The notes: generated by a model not told the origin, from the letters alone. A stretch of 64,000 nt of DNA from an uncultured virus (IMG/VR IMGVR_UViG_3300018405_000012) (IMGVR_UViG_3300018405_000012); one strand, 5' to 3'; positions 1-10,254 are shown, numbered from the stretch's first letter. Program-made: numbers and translations.

Positions 1-389
1 CCGAACTCATTGTGTTCTTCGAACTTGTCAGAAACATCCGAGGGCACAACGAGGCCTGCTCGGTCAATGAAGCTGCGCAGCGCTGGGTAGGTGACGATGG
101 TGTAGATTTCCTTGGTGATGGCTTCAATTTCGCCACGGACCAGGAACGAGGAACGGATTTCCTCTGACATCAAAAGTTCGGCAGAGCGCACGTACAGATC
201 CCACAAGCTGGTCTGGTCGGCCTCAGGTAGGGTGGCGATGAACTCGTTGGTCTCCTTGAACAAGATTTCGCGGTTGATGATAGCAGCCGAGTAGTAACTT
301 CCAGCTGACAGCATGAGAGTTTTGTCGCCGTGCTCCAAACGAAGCATGGAGATCCCTTTGCTGGACATGTCCTGTACATTGATCTGCAT
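1..389 (-). CDS. Partial gene running off the window start; probable non-virion RNAP subunit (phiKZ gp68-like)
   Basis: Read by hand: GAGG RBS, ATG at 389, MQINVQDMSSKGISMLRLEHGDK..., open to the window edge. Identity inferred from position after the SbcD / gp66-like / gp67-like genes. Confidence 0.55.
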   Translation of the reverse strand, partial: MQINVQDMSSKGISMLRLEHGDKTLMLSAGSYYSAAIINREILFKETNEFIATLPEADQTSLWDLYVRSAELLMSEEIRSSFLVRGEIEAITKEIYTIVTYPALRSFIDRAGLVVPSDVSDKFEEHNEF

Positions 390-457
390 CGATTACCTCG
401 AGGATGGTGATGAATCAGTGGATGGTTATACCGATTGATAGATCGGCGATCAGACTG

Positions 458-485
458 ATAATGTATCGCCTTAAAATGGTTGAAT
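458..485 (-). promoter_or_regulatory. Putative phage promoter, ATTC-N16-TACATTAT
   Basis: Copy of a recurring 28-nt motif found upstream of minus-strand genes. Confidence 0.6.
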
Positions 486-570
486 GAAACCTCGAGAGGG
501 TATAAGGCCGACACAGGGTCGTAATGACCCTGTGTCGATCCATGATCAAGGCTTAATTCGTATTCAGGTC

Positions 571-1293
571 CTAGAGAGGCACGTCCGAGTCAAAGCTGAA
601 GTCGCTGCCGCCGCTGGGTGCGCTGCTGGTATGGCCAGCATTACCACCGCCCCAACCACCGCCGCCATTGTTACCACCACCGTTATTCCAGCCACCTTGG
701 TTACCACCACCGTTGCCACGGTTGCGATTCATCCACTCGGGCTTCTTGTAATGACGTTCAAGCACCTTACCCATGTACTCGCGCATGGTGTCGATCCAGG
801 CGAGGCAGTACAGGCGGGAAGCGATCGCTACCGGCATGGAGCCGTTCGCATCACGGAACTTGTGATAGGTGTCGTCGAGGAACGGGAACTCGATCAGGGG
901 ACGGGTCTTACCGGCACTGATGCAGATGGAGATAACGCCTTCGGCATTCTTTTCCATCTTGATGCAGCTCATGATCGAGGGGTTCGGGTCACGCTTCTTG
1001 TCGATGAAGCGATGGCCCTTGTTGTCCATGAACCAGACAACCGGTTCTTTGCTGTTTGCTACCGCTTCCAGGGCGCGCAGAATCGAGAAAAACGCACGGT
1101 TCGACAGTTTGGCGTCGATCTTACCGTTGTTCTTGTCGTTCGGCACTTTGGTGGCCACAACCAGACGGGGATTGTTCTCGTAGTAGCTAGGGCGGAGGGT
1201 AGGTTCACCTTCCATGTCATCTTGACGTTTGGCTTTCAACGCCAGAGATGGATCGTCCAGAATGGTTTCAGGACGCTGGTTTTGTTCGCTCAT
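571..1293 (-). CDS. chmC: Probable ChmC-like phage-nucleus nucleic-acid-binding protein (phiKZ gp67 position)
   Basis: Globular N-terminal part plus G/N-rich disordered tail and acidic tip; syntenic position; GGAG RBS before ATG 1293. Confidence 0.6.
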   Translation of the reverse strand: MSEQNQRPETILDDPSLALKAKRQDDMEGEPTLRPSYYENNPRLVVATKVPNDKNNGKIDAKLSNRAFFSILRALEAVANSKEPVVWFMDNKGHRFIDKKRDPNPSIMSCIKMEKNAEGVISICISAGKTRPLIEFPFLDDTYHKFRDANGSMPVAIASRLYCLAWIDTMREYMGKVLERHYKKPEWMNRNRGNGGGNQGGWNNGGGNNGGGGWGGGNAGHTSSAPSGGSDFSFDSDVPL

Positions 1294-1371
1294 GGTGTAC
1301 TCCAACGGTCTAGGCGTTTTCTCTACAATATAGAGGTGATGGGTTCTTTTTAACAGGGGGGTTCAGGAGGC

Positions 1372-2241
1372 TCAGCTTTTCGCGTAGAGATTGATCACCA
1401 GCCGCTCCAGTTCGGGCTCATAGGCCTTCTTGACGCAGTCGATAATGTAGTCTTTAGTAGTCAGTGAGTTCCATCTGTTTTTATCAGCGATCGTCTGCAT
1501 TATCCGACGGTACTTGATCGGATATGCGGTGAAGAGATTACTTCCATCCCCAAAGAATTGCAGGGTCATGCGATCAAAAGGGATGTTGGTCAACTCTTTA
1601 CCGTTCGATAACTTGGTGTACCAGAACGTCTGGGCCTTGGTAGCACCCGTGTGCGATTCCAACAAAGTCAAGGCACTGAAACGATAACGCTGAAGCAGGT
1701 CTACGGCATAACTGGTCAACATCAGTACACGGTACGGGTCGTTAGGGATATCGATGTCCGTCTCAAGTGTCTTCAGGTGCGGGTGGTTAGGCAGAAGACC
1801 CAGCAGCTCGATGACCGTCTGTTCTTCCCGAATGGCGGCAAGTTTCTGACGCTCGGTGTTAGCGGCCTTTAAAATAGCGTGGGGGAATCGTTTCGGCAGT
1901 CCTCGATAGTTACAAAGGTAAAACTGAGTTCGAGCCCGTTCATTCGTGATCTGACGGATGGACTGGTCGATGACGGTCATCTCGTTGATCAAGATAGCCG
2001 CCATGTCTTCCGGGAACACGTAGTGCGCCAGTTCGGGGTTCAATGATCCGGCTAGGTTACGCACCAGCGTTCGGATATTGACATACAGTACATCGATCTG
2101 GTTGATAATGGGCTTGGGGTTGTGGTTGTCCTCGAGAATCCCGAAGGCTCCTTCCAGGGCCAGACTCGTTCCGATGGACACGGGAATCTGGCCAAGGTCT
2201 CGTTCGGACAAAACAGCCATGGCTTGCGCGTTGTTACTCAT
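1372..2241 (-). CDS. Conserved chimallivirus hypothetical protein (gp66-like position)
   Basis: 289-aa ORF in operon with sbcD. Confidence 0.75.
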   Translation of the reverse strand: MSNNAQAMAVLSERDLGQIPVSIGTSLALEGAFGILEDNHNPKPIINQIDVLYVNIRTLVRNLAGSLNPELAHYVFPEDMAAILINEMTVIDQSIRQITNERARTQFYLCNYRGLPKRFPHAILKAANTERQKLAAIREEQTVIELLGLLPNHPHLKTLETDIDIPNDPYRVLMLTSYAVDLLQRYRFSALTLLESHTGATKAQTFWYTKLSNGKELTNIPFDRMTLQFFGDGSNLFTAYPIKYRRIMQTIADKNRWNSLTTKDYIIDCVKKAYEPELERLVINLYAKS

Positions 2242-2251
2242 GGGTGTCTAC

Positions 2252-3403
2252 CTATACTTGACTGTATTTACCTAGGACAGTCAGAACCGAGATGACTTCA
2301 GGATCGTGCTCATCATGGTACAGTCGCTTAAGCCGATCAGCTACCAGGTGCCCGATGTTAGTCGGGGTGATGCTGATAGGCTTCAAGGCTGGCTGTCTAT
2401 CCTGGATAATCGCAGCGTCTTCCTGAGTCTTCAGCTCGTCCATTTGGGTACTTAGGACAAACTGCGGGAAGCGACGTCGGACATCCTTGATGCCATGTTG
2501 AACCACAGACCCACGGGTGATAAGCAGGCGAAACCGGGACAGATCAGGACAATCTTCGTACGACTCGAGTAAGGCAATCACTGCCTCAGTCGACATCTCG
2601 CGACAATCGAGGGTCTTATAGATCCGAGCACCTGTGTTCTCCACAAACCAGTGGTAATTACCGGATGGAGACAGACAGGCACGGTAGTGGCCTTTGGGAG
2701 ATTCCTCACCGTGTGAGAGTCGGTCAAAGGAACCCTGGGCCAGAATCTTACCGCCGCGCTCAGAACGGATGTGCACGTGACCGATGGTGATGTAGCTGCG
2801 CACAATGGACATGTATTGTTCACTGTTGTGGTTTTTGACTGACTCCACAGGCAGCTGATAGTCAAATGAGCCGTGCATGCAGGCCACATCCACCTGAGAC
2901 ATCCCATGGATACCTAACAGCTCCAGGGTCTGTTGCCAGGTCACCGATGCGTCAGCATTCCATTCGTCAGGGACATACAGGACACTTAGCCCACCCAGCT
3001 CGTCGATCACCTCGATGGACAAGGTATCGACATACTTAAGGTTGGCTTTGATGTGCAGCGAATTGTTGACGTTGACAAACTGCTTGGACTGACGCCAATC
3101 ATGGCTGGGGGTGCCTTCCAACACCCGAACAATGATGTTGTGTTTGACGCACAGTTTCAGTAAGTCAGCGATCCATTCCTGGATCGCATCTACCTCGTCC
3201 TGAGGCAGGTTCATCAGCCGGTCAAAGACATCTCCGGCGAAGAACAGGATATCCAGCTTGGCGGTGTCCGCATTATCGGGAAAGGCTTTTCGCAAATTGT
3301 CGATAATGTGGTACGTACTGGTGCGCGGATGCGCCAAGTGGATATCTGAGATGGACGCCATCGTAATTTCAGATGGGTGCGAGGTCGTCTTCGTCGATTT
3401 CAT
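2252..3403 (-). CDS. sbcD: SbcD/Mre11-like metallophosphoesterase nuclease
   Basis: SDIH, AGDVFD, GTPSHD, MHG and GHVH motifs. Confidence 0.9.
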   Translation of the reverse strand: MKSTKTTSHPSEITMASISDIHLAHPRTSTYHIIDNLRKAFPDNADTAKLDILFFAGDVFDRLMNLPQDEVDAIQEWIADLLKLCVKHNIIVRVLEGTPSHDWRQSKQFVNVNNSLHIKANLKYVDTLSIEVIDELGGLSVLYVPDEWNADASVTWQQTLELLGIHGMSQVDVACMHGSFDYQLPVESVKNHNSEQYMSIVRSYITIGHVHIRSERGGKILAQGSFDRLSHGEESPKGHYRACLSPSGNYHWFVENTGARIYKTLDCREMSTEAVIALLESYEDCPDLSRFRLLITRGSVVQHGIKDVRRRFPQFVLSTQMDELKTQEDAAIIQDRQPALKPISITPTNIGHLVADRLKRLYHDEHDPEVISVLTVLGKYSQV

Positions 3404-3959
3404 CCATGGTGTTCCGAGTGGAGGAAGCGGGTTGCTCCTCCTTTACAGGACCGAGCGCCGCTTCGATAGCTTTGGCCTGGTCGCCGAACAGGCGTTCCAG
3501 TGGGATGTTGTACCGACGGTAGATCTGAAGCCACATCCTGCCGTAGGCAACCTCAATTGCTTCGGCTGGGGTGAAGTTGATGGCCATCAGACGCTGAACG
3601 AACCCGTTGATCACAGAACCGGGATGCTCGGTGGTAATCTGGGCTTCGAACTGGGCGGTGATCTCTCCGATATCGGTACCAGGTTGGGCATCGAGTGATC
3701 GAATGACCATGGGGGTCTGGGAGATCAGCGGCGGTACGGTGAAAAGAAGCTTGCTGGGGTCCGAATCGGCGACCACATCGATCATGCGGTTCGGATGACC
3801 TGCTGCTGCGACATAGATCGAAACGTCGCGCTTTCGCCCGTCTTCCGAGGGGATCAGGTGAGGCAGGAGACGACGAACAAAGTCCGATTCACGTAATCGG
3901 GCGTTGTTCTCGTAATCCATGGCTTCCAGACGTTCGAAGTCATCGGAGTTCAGTTGCAT
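3369..3959 (-). CDS. Hypothetical protein
   Basis: 196-aa ORF, GAGG RBS, acidic C-terminus. Confidence 0.8.
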   Translation of the reverse strand: MQLNSDDFERLEAMDYENNARLRESDFVRRLLPHLIPSEDGRKRDVSIYVAAAGHPNRMIDVVADSDPSKLLFTVPPLISQTPMVIRSLDAQPGTDIGEITAQFEAQITTEHPGSVINGFVQRLMAINFTPAEAIEVAYGRMWLQIYRRYNIPLERLFGDQAKAIEAALGPVKEEQPASSTRNTMDEIDEDDLAPI

Positions 3960-4006
3960 GGCTATATCCTCGAACAGGGCGGGTTAACCCGCCCCATTAT
4001 GTCGTC

Positions 4007-4561
4007 TTACTGGATGGTTTCAGCTGCTTCTTCAACAGTGCGGGTAACTTCCATGGCCTGAGCCGAGGTCTGACGACGGAACTCTTCCAGGTGGGTGGAT
4101 TCCACCACGTAGTAAGTACGGTCCAGTTGACCGCCGTAGGAGACAACCAGGTCGCCAAACACGGTGACCACGTGGGGCTGGCGCAGCTCTTCGGAGATGT
4201 CGTCGCCGGAGACCCACTGGCCGTCTTCGGTCTGCTCTTCGATCACAGTGCCGGCGTCAGTCAGGGTGACACGGATAGCGCCTGGGACGTAACCTTCCAC
4301 TACCACCAGCTCGGGAGCACGCTGCTTGGAAGACTTGACCTTGTGGGAGATAGCGTTGGCGCCAGCAACCATGATGCGGTGAGCAATGGAGTCGACCAGG
4401 ACGTCGTCATTGAAAACACGCTGAACATGATCGGCGGTCAGTTCGACAATGGAGCGCTGGATGTTGGTAAGCGCATCGTTGGTGGCGATCAGGGTGGACT
4501 CGAGGGTGGCTACGCGCGCTTCGAGGTCAGCGATGATCTGATCTTTGGTTTGCTCGGTCAC
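4007..4561 (-). CDS. Hypothetical protein with N-terminal coiled coil
   Basis: 184-aa ORF with strong codon bias; start overlaps the upstream stop. Confidence 0.8.
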   Translation of the reverse strand: MTEQTKDQIIADLEARVATLESTLIATNDALTNIQRSIVELTADHVQRVFNDDVLVDSIAHRIMVAGANAISHKVKSSKQRAPELVVVEGYVPGAIRVTLTDAGTVIEEQTEDGQWVSGDDISEELRQPHVVTVFGDLVVSYGGQLDRTYYVVESTHLEEFRRQTSAQAMEVTRTVEEAAETIQ

Positions 4562-4998
4562 AGTGAAGCTCCTTGTACATTAAAGGTATCAGCCGGAATG
4601 AAAGGCCGGCCGTTGTTTTGTAAATCGATGATGCTACGGATACGCGAGTCCGTGGACGTTACCACGTGAACAATGTCAATGCTCTTGTCTCCGTCTCGTA
4701 AGATAACACTGATCTGTAAATCAATACTGTTCCCTTTCGTGACAGCGTTGACGTTCAGATCCACAGCATCAAACTGACGCTCAAAATAAGACTGTAAGAC
4801 GCGGTAAGTCTCGTTCTGTAGCTCAATTGGATTGTTACCAAACTGACTGATGATGGCCCCTAGACTGACCAGGGACCCACGGTACATGTCCGACTGAGAC
4901 TTCTGCGTGATATAGAAGTTGGCCATGGCCTCGTCGGCTTTGATGGTCAGGTCAGAAGCGAAGCCTGCTGGACCTAGGACGGGAATCACACGGGACAT
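4558..4998 (-). CDS. Conserved hypothetical protein
   Basis: Likely start MSRVIPVLG at 4998 with GGAG RBS. Confidence 0.75.
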   Translation of the reverse strand: MSRVIPVLGPAGFASDLTIKADEAMANFYITQKSQSDMYRGSLVSLGAIISQFGNNPIELQNETYRVLQSYFERQFDAVDLNVNAVTKGNSIDLQISVILRDGDKSIDIVHVVTSTDSRIRSIIDLQNNGRPFIPADTFNVQGASL

Positions 4999-5046
4999 GG
5001 GGAAGACTCCGACAAAGAAAAAGGATTGCGGTGGCAGTAACGGAAG

Positions 5047-5082
5047 GGGTGACACACATACCAATCGGCAGGTGTGTCACCC
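5047..5082. terminator. Intergenic 11-bp stem-loop
   Basis: GGGTGACACAC...GTGTGTCACCC. Confidence 0.5.
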
Positions 5083-5088
5083 TATCAG

Positions 5089-5712
5089 TCAAAGCGAGCT
5101 GTTATCTGGACAGCTCGGGTCGTCCAAACCCTCATCGAGGAAGGTGTTGAAATTGGCCCACATTGAGTCACGGATGGTGACCTGGTCGGCAAACGTCAAC
5201 TGAGTCCGTCCATCAGAGTCATACAGATGCAAGTACTCGACGAACTTGGAGTGGCCGTGCTCATCGAATTGCAGCAGTCCGTTAGTGACTTCCTGGTAAT
5301 CGGGGTCATCTTCGCCGATCCGGCCACGATTTTCGTGCTTGAGGAAACTCCTCCAGCCATTCATCATGTCCTTCTCAAACAACTGCTTTGCCCGTGGGTT
5401 GGCCATGAGCCAGCGAGCCTGTTCCGGGCCGGCTTGCTGGAATTGACCAATCTTCGACATTGGGCGGATGGAATCCTTGTCGAAGAGGTGGGTGACTTTA
5501 CGTTTCAGTGCATCGACCTTGCGCTCGATACGATCAAAGTCAAACGACTCGAATCGCTCAACGGCGCGGTTATACAGGTCACTGCCCATCAACCCGAAGG
5601 AACGTGCTGTGTTCTCCAGTCGGCTTCGAATGGCAGCCCGGTCCTCTGACTTCGGCAGCCCGTAGTGCATCGACCGAAATTCCGACTCGTCCGCATACAT
5701 TGCAATAGCCAT
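5089..5712 (-). CDS. Conserved hypothetical protein (phiKZ gp59-like position)
   Basis: 207-aa ORF directly downstream of the nvRNAP beta' gene. Confidence 0.75.
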   Translation of the reverse strand: MAIAMYADESEFRSMHYGLPKSEDRAAIRSRLENTARSFGLMGSDLYNRAVERFESFDFDRIERKVDALKRKVTHLFDKDSIRPMSKIGQFQQAGPEQARWLMANPRAKQLFEKDMMNGWRSFLKHENRGRIGEDDPDYQEVTNGLLQFDEHGHSKFVEYLHLYDSDGRTQLTFADQVTIRDSMWANFNTFLDEGLDDPSCPDNSSL

Positions 5713-5766
5713 GTTGAGACTTAGCCCCCTTTGTGAGAATGGGTGAGTAGGATGATAAGTTGCTCC

Positions 5767-5952
5767 TTATCGTGAAACCTGGTCACCTTCGATCAGCCAG
5801 TTCGTCATGCTGGCAATCAGTGGTGGCGGCAAGGTGGTGTTACGGGAAACTGTGAAGGGTTTGTTCAGATCCATGACGCCTGTGACTGGGTCGAATCGAC
5901 TCAGTGCTTTGGCCGTCTGCTTATCCAGTGGCAATTCGCCCCATAATGCATC
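5767..5952 (-). CDS. nvRNAP beta' N-terminal subunit, exon 3 (DALWGELPLDK...)
   Basis: Supplies the last D of NADFDGD; follows the terminal G at 5953. Confidence 0.88.
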   Translation of the reverse strand, partial: DALWGELPLDKQTAKALSRFDPVTGVMDLNKPFTVSRNTTLPPPLIASMTNWLIEGDQVSR

Positions 5953-6267
5953 CGGGGACACTCATGGGATTTCCCCATGACCTGACTATATCTTTACCTG
6001 TAAAACCAGGTACCTTCTGTTTCGGTCAATTGCCAGACCTACTCTACTCGGTTCGTCTCCCGACGCCTTTCGATAGTCGATGAACCGTACCCCTGGCTTG
6101 CTTCCCAGCAATCGGTAGGGTCTTGGCTGCGGATTGTGCAATCTTCATCTTTATTACCGTACCCTCGGAGTTACCCTCGGCCACTTCAGTGTTTCCACTG
6201 TAGCTTGGTAGATGAAGCTCTCAGCACGTTCCCGTCAATTTAAAAGGTTTAACGACGGCAATGCTTT
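5953..6267 (-). ncRNA. Group I intron without ORF (315 nt), second intron of nvRNAP beta'
   Basis: P1 CGACGGU/GCCGUCG with U-G pair, P10 GCAUU/GAUGC, R motif GUUCAUCGACUA, S motif AAGAUAUAGUC, terminal G. Confidence 0.9.
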
Positions 6268-6282
6268 ACCGTCGAAATCGGC
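6268..6282 (-). CDS. nvRNAP beta' 15-nt micro-exon encoding ADFDG
   Basis: GCC GAT TTC GAC GGT between two group I cores; completes the catalytic NADFDGD. Confidence 0.88.
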
Positions 6283-6671
6283 CGTATGTTCAGGTGAGAC
6301 GCAACGTCACCCCGCAGCATTACCTGCATAGCCCTGGCAATTACGCCAGGATACCAGACTATATCATCATCTCATGACTGAGATGCCTCCCGTTTCGACC
6401 CCGCTTGGTGGCCTACTCTACTCCCCGTAGGTTTCGATAGTCGTTGATCACATCCCATACGCTTCGGTTAATGAATTACACATTAACGGTTAGGCCCTTT
6501 CCCTGCGCGATAGGGACTTCGAGGCTGATTGACCCATTGTATCATCTACCTACTTTTCAAACCGTCACGAATGCCGTTTCCAGCTGCGTTGTGGTAAGGT
6601 AGCTTTAGCGTCTTCCAGCAGTTAGAGAGGTTCTTCGACTAGAGTCGCCCCTAGAAGGAACAATGTGACTT
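6283..6671 (-). ncRNA. Group I intron without ORF (389 nt), first intron of nvRNAP beta'
   Basis: 5' exon ends GAAU pairing with GUUC; AACUGCUGGAA, UCAACGACUA and GAUAUAGUC core motifs; terminal G at 6283. Confidence 0.88.
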
Positions 6672-7940
6672 ATTCTTATCGATCAGGTTCAGAGGACTCA
6701 TGCTGACAGTGTTATCTGTCGGGTCAGTCTTGAAGTGATCGATCTGGTTGTAGCCTATGGAACCCCTGGTCAAGGTGGGGTTCCTCGCGAACAGCGTCGG
6801 AATGGTCCCACCTGGGGATTCGTCCAGCAGTTCGTTCAGCAGGTTGTGCAAGTCCGGGTGGTAGCGCAACGTGTTCTCGTAGATCAGGGCATTCATTTCG
6901 TTGGGTGTGTAGCCCCGCGCCATGAGCTTGTTTTGCAGGTGGACCTTGAACAACAAGATACTTAGCGACCACGGCATCTCCAGGCCATCTTGACGATGTG
7001 GCTTTTGCCGGGAGGTGATGACCGAACGGAATCCCCAGTATGGCCGGGTACCATAGATCAGCTTACGCATGATCCCAGGCTTCTTAAAGATGACCTCAGA
7101 CTCGAACGACTTATAGTACTCGCTGAAGTTATTGAGGGCATTGACCATCCGCGCTTCTTTGTTAGCCTGTGGCAGCTTGGGCTGGTTCTCCGCGTTTTCG
7201 CGGTTGTCGATGCCGATGAGGATGTGTGCCGCATCGATGGCAGGGACCATCTTTGGGTCGGACACGATCCGGTTATTGGACGACTCGCGGATAAAGCCAA
7301 GGCGAGTAGGGAATGGCAGGTGTTCGGAGAACGTCCGGTCGAAATTCTCCTGAAGGAAGCGCATGATCTTGCGGCGTTTCCGGGCGCTGGCAGACGGACC
7401 AATCAGTGACGCCTTGGCCAGGGCAACCAGGATGGCTTCATAGTTCTCGATGAAGTGGTTGTAGCCGCGTGGGATCTCGAGCCGCTCAAGCTTACGCATC
7501 TTGTCGGCAGCCAATGGAGCAGCCGGTTGATAACGGGGATTGGTCAGGTACTCGAGGATGTTGAAATTAGAATGGCTGAGGTTCTTTGACAGAATCCGCC
7601 ACACCGTAAGGTTAATGAATGCTTTAATGCCCGCTGGTGCTTTGAGCCAGAGGATAGACTCCAGAGGCTTCTCGGTAACCGGGACAACCAGCGATAAGCA
7701 GTTATTGCAACGGATGTTGTAATTGTCCATGCCGACAATGGAACCGCAGTCACAGCTGGCGGTGTTGTTCAGCGAATCGCCGTCAAGACTGGCATAGATC
7801 AGGTTATTAAGCTCAAGACGATCGGCTTCCAGATCGATGTTGAACTCGTTCATGAGGATCGCAGGATGCGCCTGATGACGGAAGATGTCGTCGTAGTTGA
7901 CCACACTCAGGTAAATGCCATTGCGTTCTTTTATGGCCAT
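6672..7940 (-). CDS. Non-virion RNA polymerase beta' N-terminal subunit (phiKZ gp55-like), exon 1; spliced product about 489 aa
   Basis: Zn finger SCDCG...CNNC, FRSVIT, RNPTL, then ...SPLNLIDKN before the intron; adjacent to chimallin. Confidence 0.92.
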
Positions 7941-8037
7941 GTATAGTACCTTTATTAGCGGTTATTGGTGAGTATAAAAATTAATGGAAAGGGCATAGAT
8001 CGGGGGAGCCGGAGCCCCCCCTCTCTAATGGTGTTGC

Positions 8038-9948
8038 TTAGAACGACGAACCGCGACCGAAGCCGTTGCTCACATGGCTGCGCAGGCTGCGCTGATCGCC
8101 ATTAACCACACGACGGCTGTTCAGCAGACCGTGGGTCAGATCGCCACCACGGAAGTCGCGAATGCGAGTGTTGCCACGCAGACGACGAGCACCGAAGGTG
8201 AAGTGAGCTTGACGCTGATCGATGTTGATCTTGCAATCGGCCACCGACAGTGCCAGCGCTTCGATGAATTGCGGGTTGATGAAGGCCAGGTCGACGTAGC
8301 GGGAGAACTTGACGTTCTGCTGCAGGGCGCCGGTCAGCTGGTCGAACTGCTCGGATACGCGGATTTCCACGTCCAGGTCAGTGCGGTCGATCACGTCCTG
8401 ATAACGCAGGGCGCTTTCACCACCATCGTTCGGGTTCTGCGCCATCCAACGGAGCAGGTCCCATTCACGCAGATCGCGCTCGTTGCCCTTCTCGTCCAGC
8501 CAGGTACCGGTCAGGTAACGGGCACCGGACATCACGAGTGGGTTTTCTACGCCCAGCTCTTGAGCACGACGGCTGAAGTTGCCCGAAGTCAGGCGGTCAG
8601 CGTAGTCGTACAGACGGCGAACAGCTTCGCGGTTGGCCGAAGTGTCGTCTGCAGCATCCAGCAGCAGGCTGGTCAGCCAGCTGTTGTCGCCACCTTCTTC
8701 CAGCTCGATTGCGTATACCAGGTTTTCATCGACCAGACTGAAGAAGTACTGACCCCACTTCTCTTCGTCCAGCGAACCACGGTTGTCGAACACGATCGGT
8801 TGCTGATCTTCATCCGGGCCGAGAATGTTCAGCAGACCGCTGTCGCGAGCATCGATCTCACCACGGGCAACTTCACCCGGCAGGAAAGTACGGGCCCACG
8901 CTTGGTTCTTGGAGATCACCGAGGACGATGCCAGTGCCAGGAGCAGGAGCTCCGGGGTGATGGCGTTGCCGCTGGTGTCCATGCGGTTGATGATGTACGT
9001 CGGGGTGAAGTACGGCTGATCGCGACGACGGTCACGAGCCCAACGCTCTTCGTTCTGCGGCGGGGTGTACACGATGTTCATGTAACCACCCAGGTTGGCC
9101 AGAGGCACGGTGACGTTCTGGTCGCCCTTGCGAACGGTACCTGCAACCGATACCGCGATGTCACTGCGGCGAGGCAGGCCGTCGGCGGATACGCTTTCAC
9201 GACCGGACATGTCGACGTTGATCTCGAGGGTGGACTGCTTGTTGAGCCACTCGAGGCTGAAGAACATGTCGTTGCGGTACAGCTCGTTGTACATCGAGGA
9301 CAGAGCCGCCTGCGCGTAGAAGATGACCTGACGCGCTTCGGTAGTTTCCGGATCGTTGAAGTCGACCTTGCGGTCAACCACACGCCAGCCGCCACGGATC
9401 ACTTCGACGGAACGACGGGACTGGTCGAATGCCTTCTTGACGATGTCGTCGATGAGGGCGAGGTACGACTCGGTCACGTAATCCGAAGCGATGATCGGCA
9501 GCGGGTAGGTGCGATGGTTGATCTCGACGTTGCGGATCGGGGTTTCGTCGCTCAGCGTGCCTTCCAGCACCAGCGAGTGAACCAGTACCTTGGTAACGCC
9601 CTGATCTTCGATCGGGTACGCCAGGATCACCGAGGAGATGCTGACGTTGTTTTCCTGACCGTCCAGACCCAGCACTTGGATCTTGGTCAGGTCGATGGCA
9701 GCGGCACCGGCTACTTGACGCTCGGCCGAGAACCAGAACTTAGCGGCCTTGATGGCGTTGACCAGGGATTCACCGCTGGTGCGACGGGACATCGGGCTGC
9801 CGAGCAGACGGTTGATATCCAGCAGACCAGCGTTCAGGACCGGGTTTTCCTGAGGGGTCGGACGGGACGAGCGGCTGTTCGCCTGTTCGCGGGACGGCTC
9901 CTGCGCCTGCGAGTTGTTGCTGTTGTCGTGGCTATCTTGAACTGCCAT
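8038..9948 (-). CDS. chmA: Chimallin, major phage nuclear shell protein
   Basis: About 636 aa, strong codon bias, AAGGAG RBS, canonical position directly upstream of nvRNAP beta'. Confidence 0.88.
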   Translation of the reverse strand: MAVQDSHDNSNNSQAQEPSREQANSRSSRPTPQENPVLNAGLLDINRLLGSPMSRRTSGESLVNAIKAAKFWFSAERQVAGAAAIDLTKIQVLGLDGQENNVSISSVILAYPIEDQGVTKVLVHSLVLEGTLSDETPIRNVEINHRTYPLPIIASDYVTESYLALIDDIVKKAFDQSRRSVEVIRGGWRVVDRKVDFNDPETTEARQVIFYAQAALSSMYNELYRNDMFFSLEWLNKQSTLEINVDMSGRESVSADGLPRRSDIAVSVAGTVRKGDQNVTVPLANLGGYMNIVYTPPQNEERWARDRRRDQPYFTPTYIINRMDTSGNAITPELLLLALASSSVISKNQAWARTFLPGEVARGEIDARDSGLLNILGPDEDQQPIVFDNRGSLDEEKWGQYFFSLVDENLVYAIELEEGGDNSWLTSLLLDAADDTSANREAVRRLYDYADRLTSGNFSRRAQELGVENPLVMSGARYLTGTWLDEKGNERDLREWDLLRWMAQNPNDGGESALRYQDVIDRTDLDVEIRVSEQFDQLTGALQQNVKFSRYVDLAFINPQFIEALALSVADCKINIDQRQAHFTFGARRLRGNTRIRDFRGGDLTHGLLNSRRVVNGDQRSLRSHVSNGFGRGSSF

Positions 9949-10015
9949 GGTGTACTCCTTGGAGAGATTTCGTTGTTTACTAGGCCTAGTGAACATCGTA
10001 GTGATATTCACGTGG

Positions 10016-10043
10016 ATTATATAGCGCCATGAATTGTTTGAAT
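10016..10043 (-). promoter_or_regulatory. Putative promoter for chimallin, ATTC-N16-TATATAAT
   Basis: Recurring 28-nt motif. Confidence 0.6.
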
Positions 10044-10254
10044 GGAATTATAATTCCTAGGCTCGTACAATCCGACGGTTGCGTTTAAAAATACGACGTG
10101 ATCCACAGGAAAAGGAAATACCCTCCCTTGGCGACAGAGTGAAAACTCTGTCAGGAGCACATCTCCTATACAATAGGGGAATGGTAGTTATTTTTTACTA
10201 TTTGTCATGTTCGGCCAATCCTTTGAGATTAGACTTTTACCCAAGGACCCCATC

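Noticed and set aside
640..720. ACCACCG-like repeats as a CRISPR or DNA repeat array
   Set aside because: Simply encode the Gly/Asn-rich protein tail
5767..5961. Stand-alone 64-aa gene
   Set aside because: Better explained as exon 3 of nvRNAP beta'; the first three codons lie in the intron
8074..10032. 652-aa + strand ORF antisense to chimallin (likewise 35705-37690, 30117-31679, 43075-44403, 19522-20583, 47229-48332, 61064-62743)
   Set aside because: Shadow ORFs produced by strong codon bias of the sense genes; no recognisable motifs
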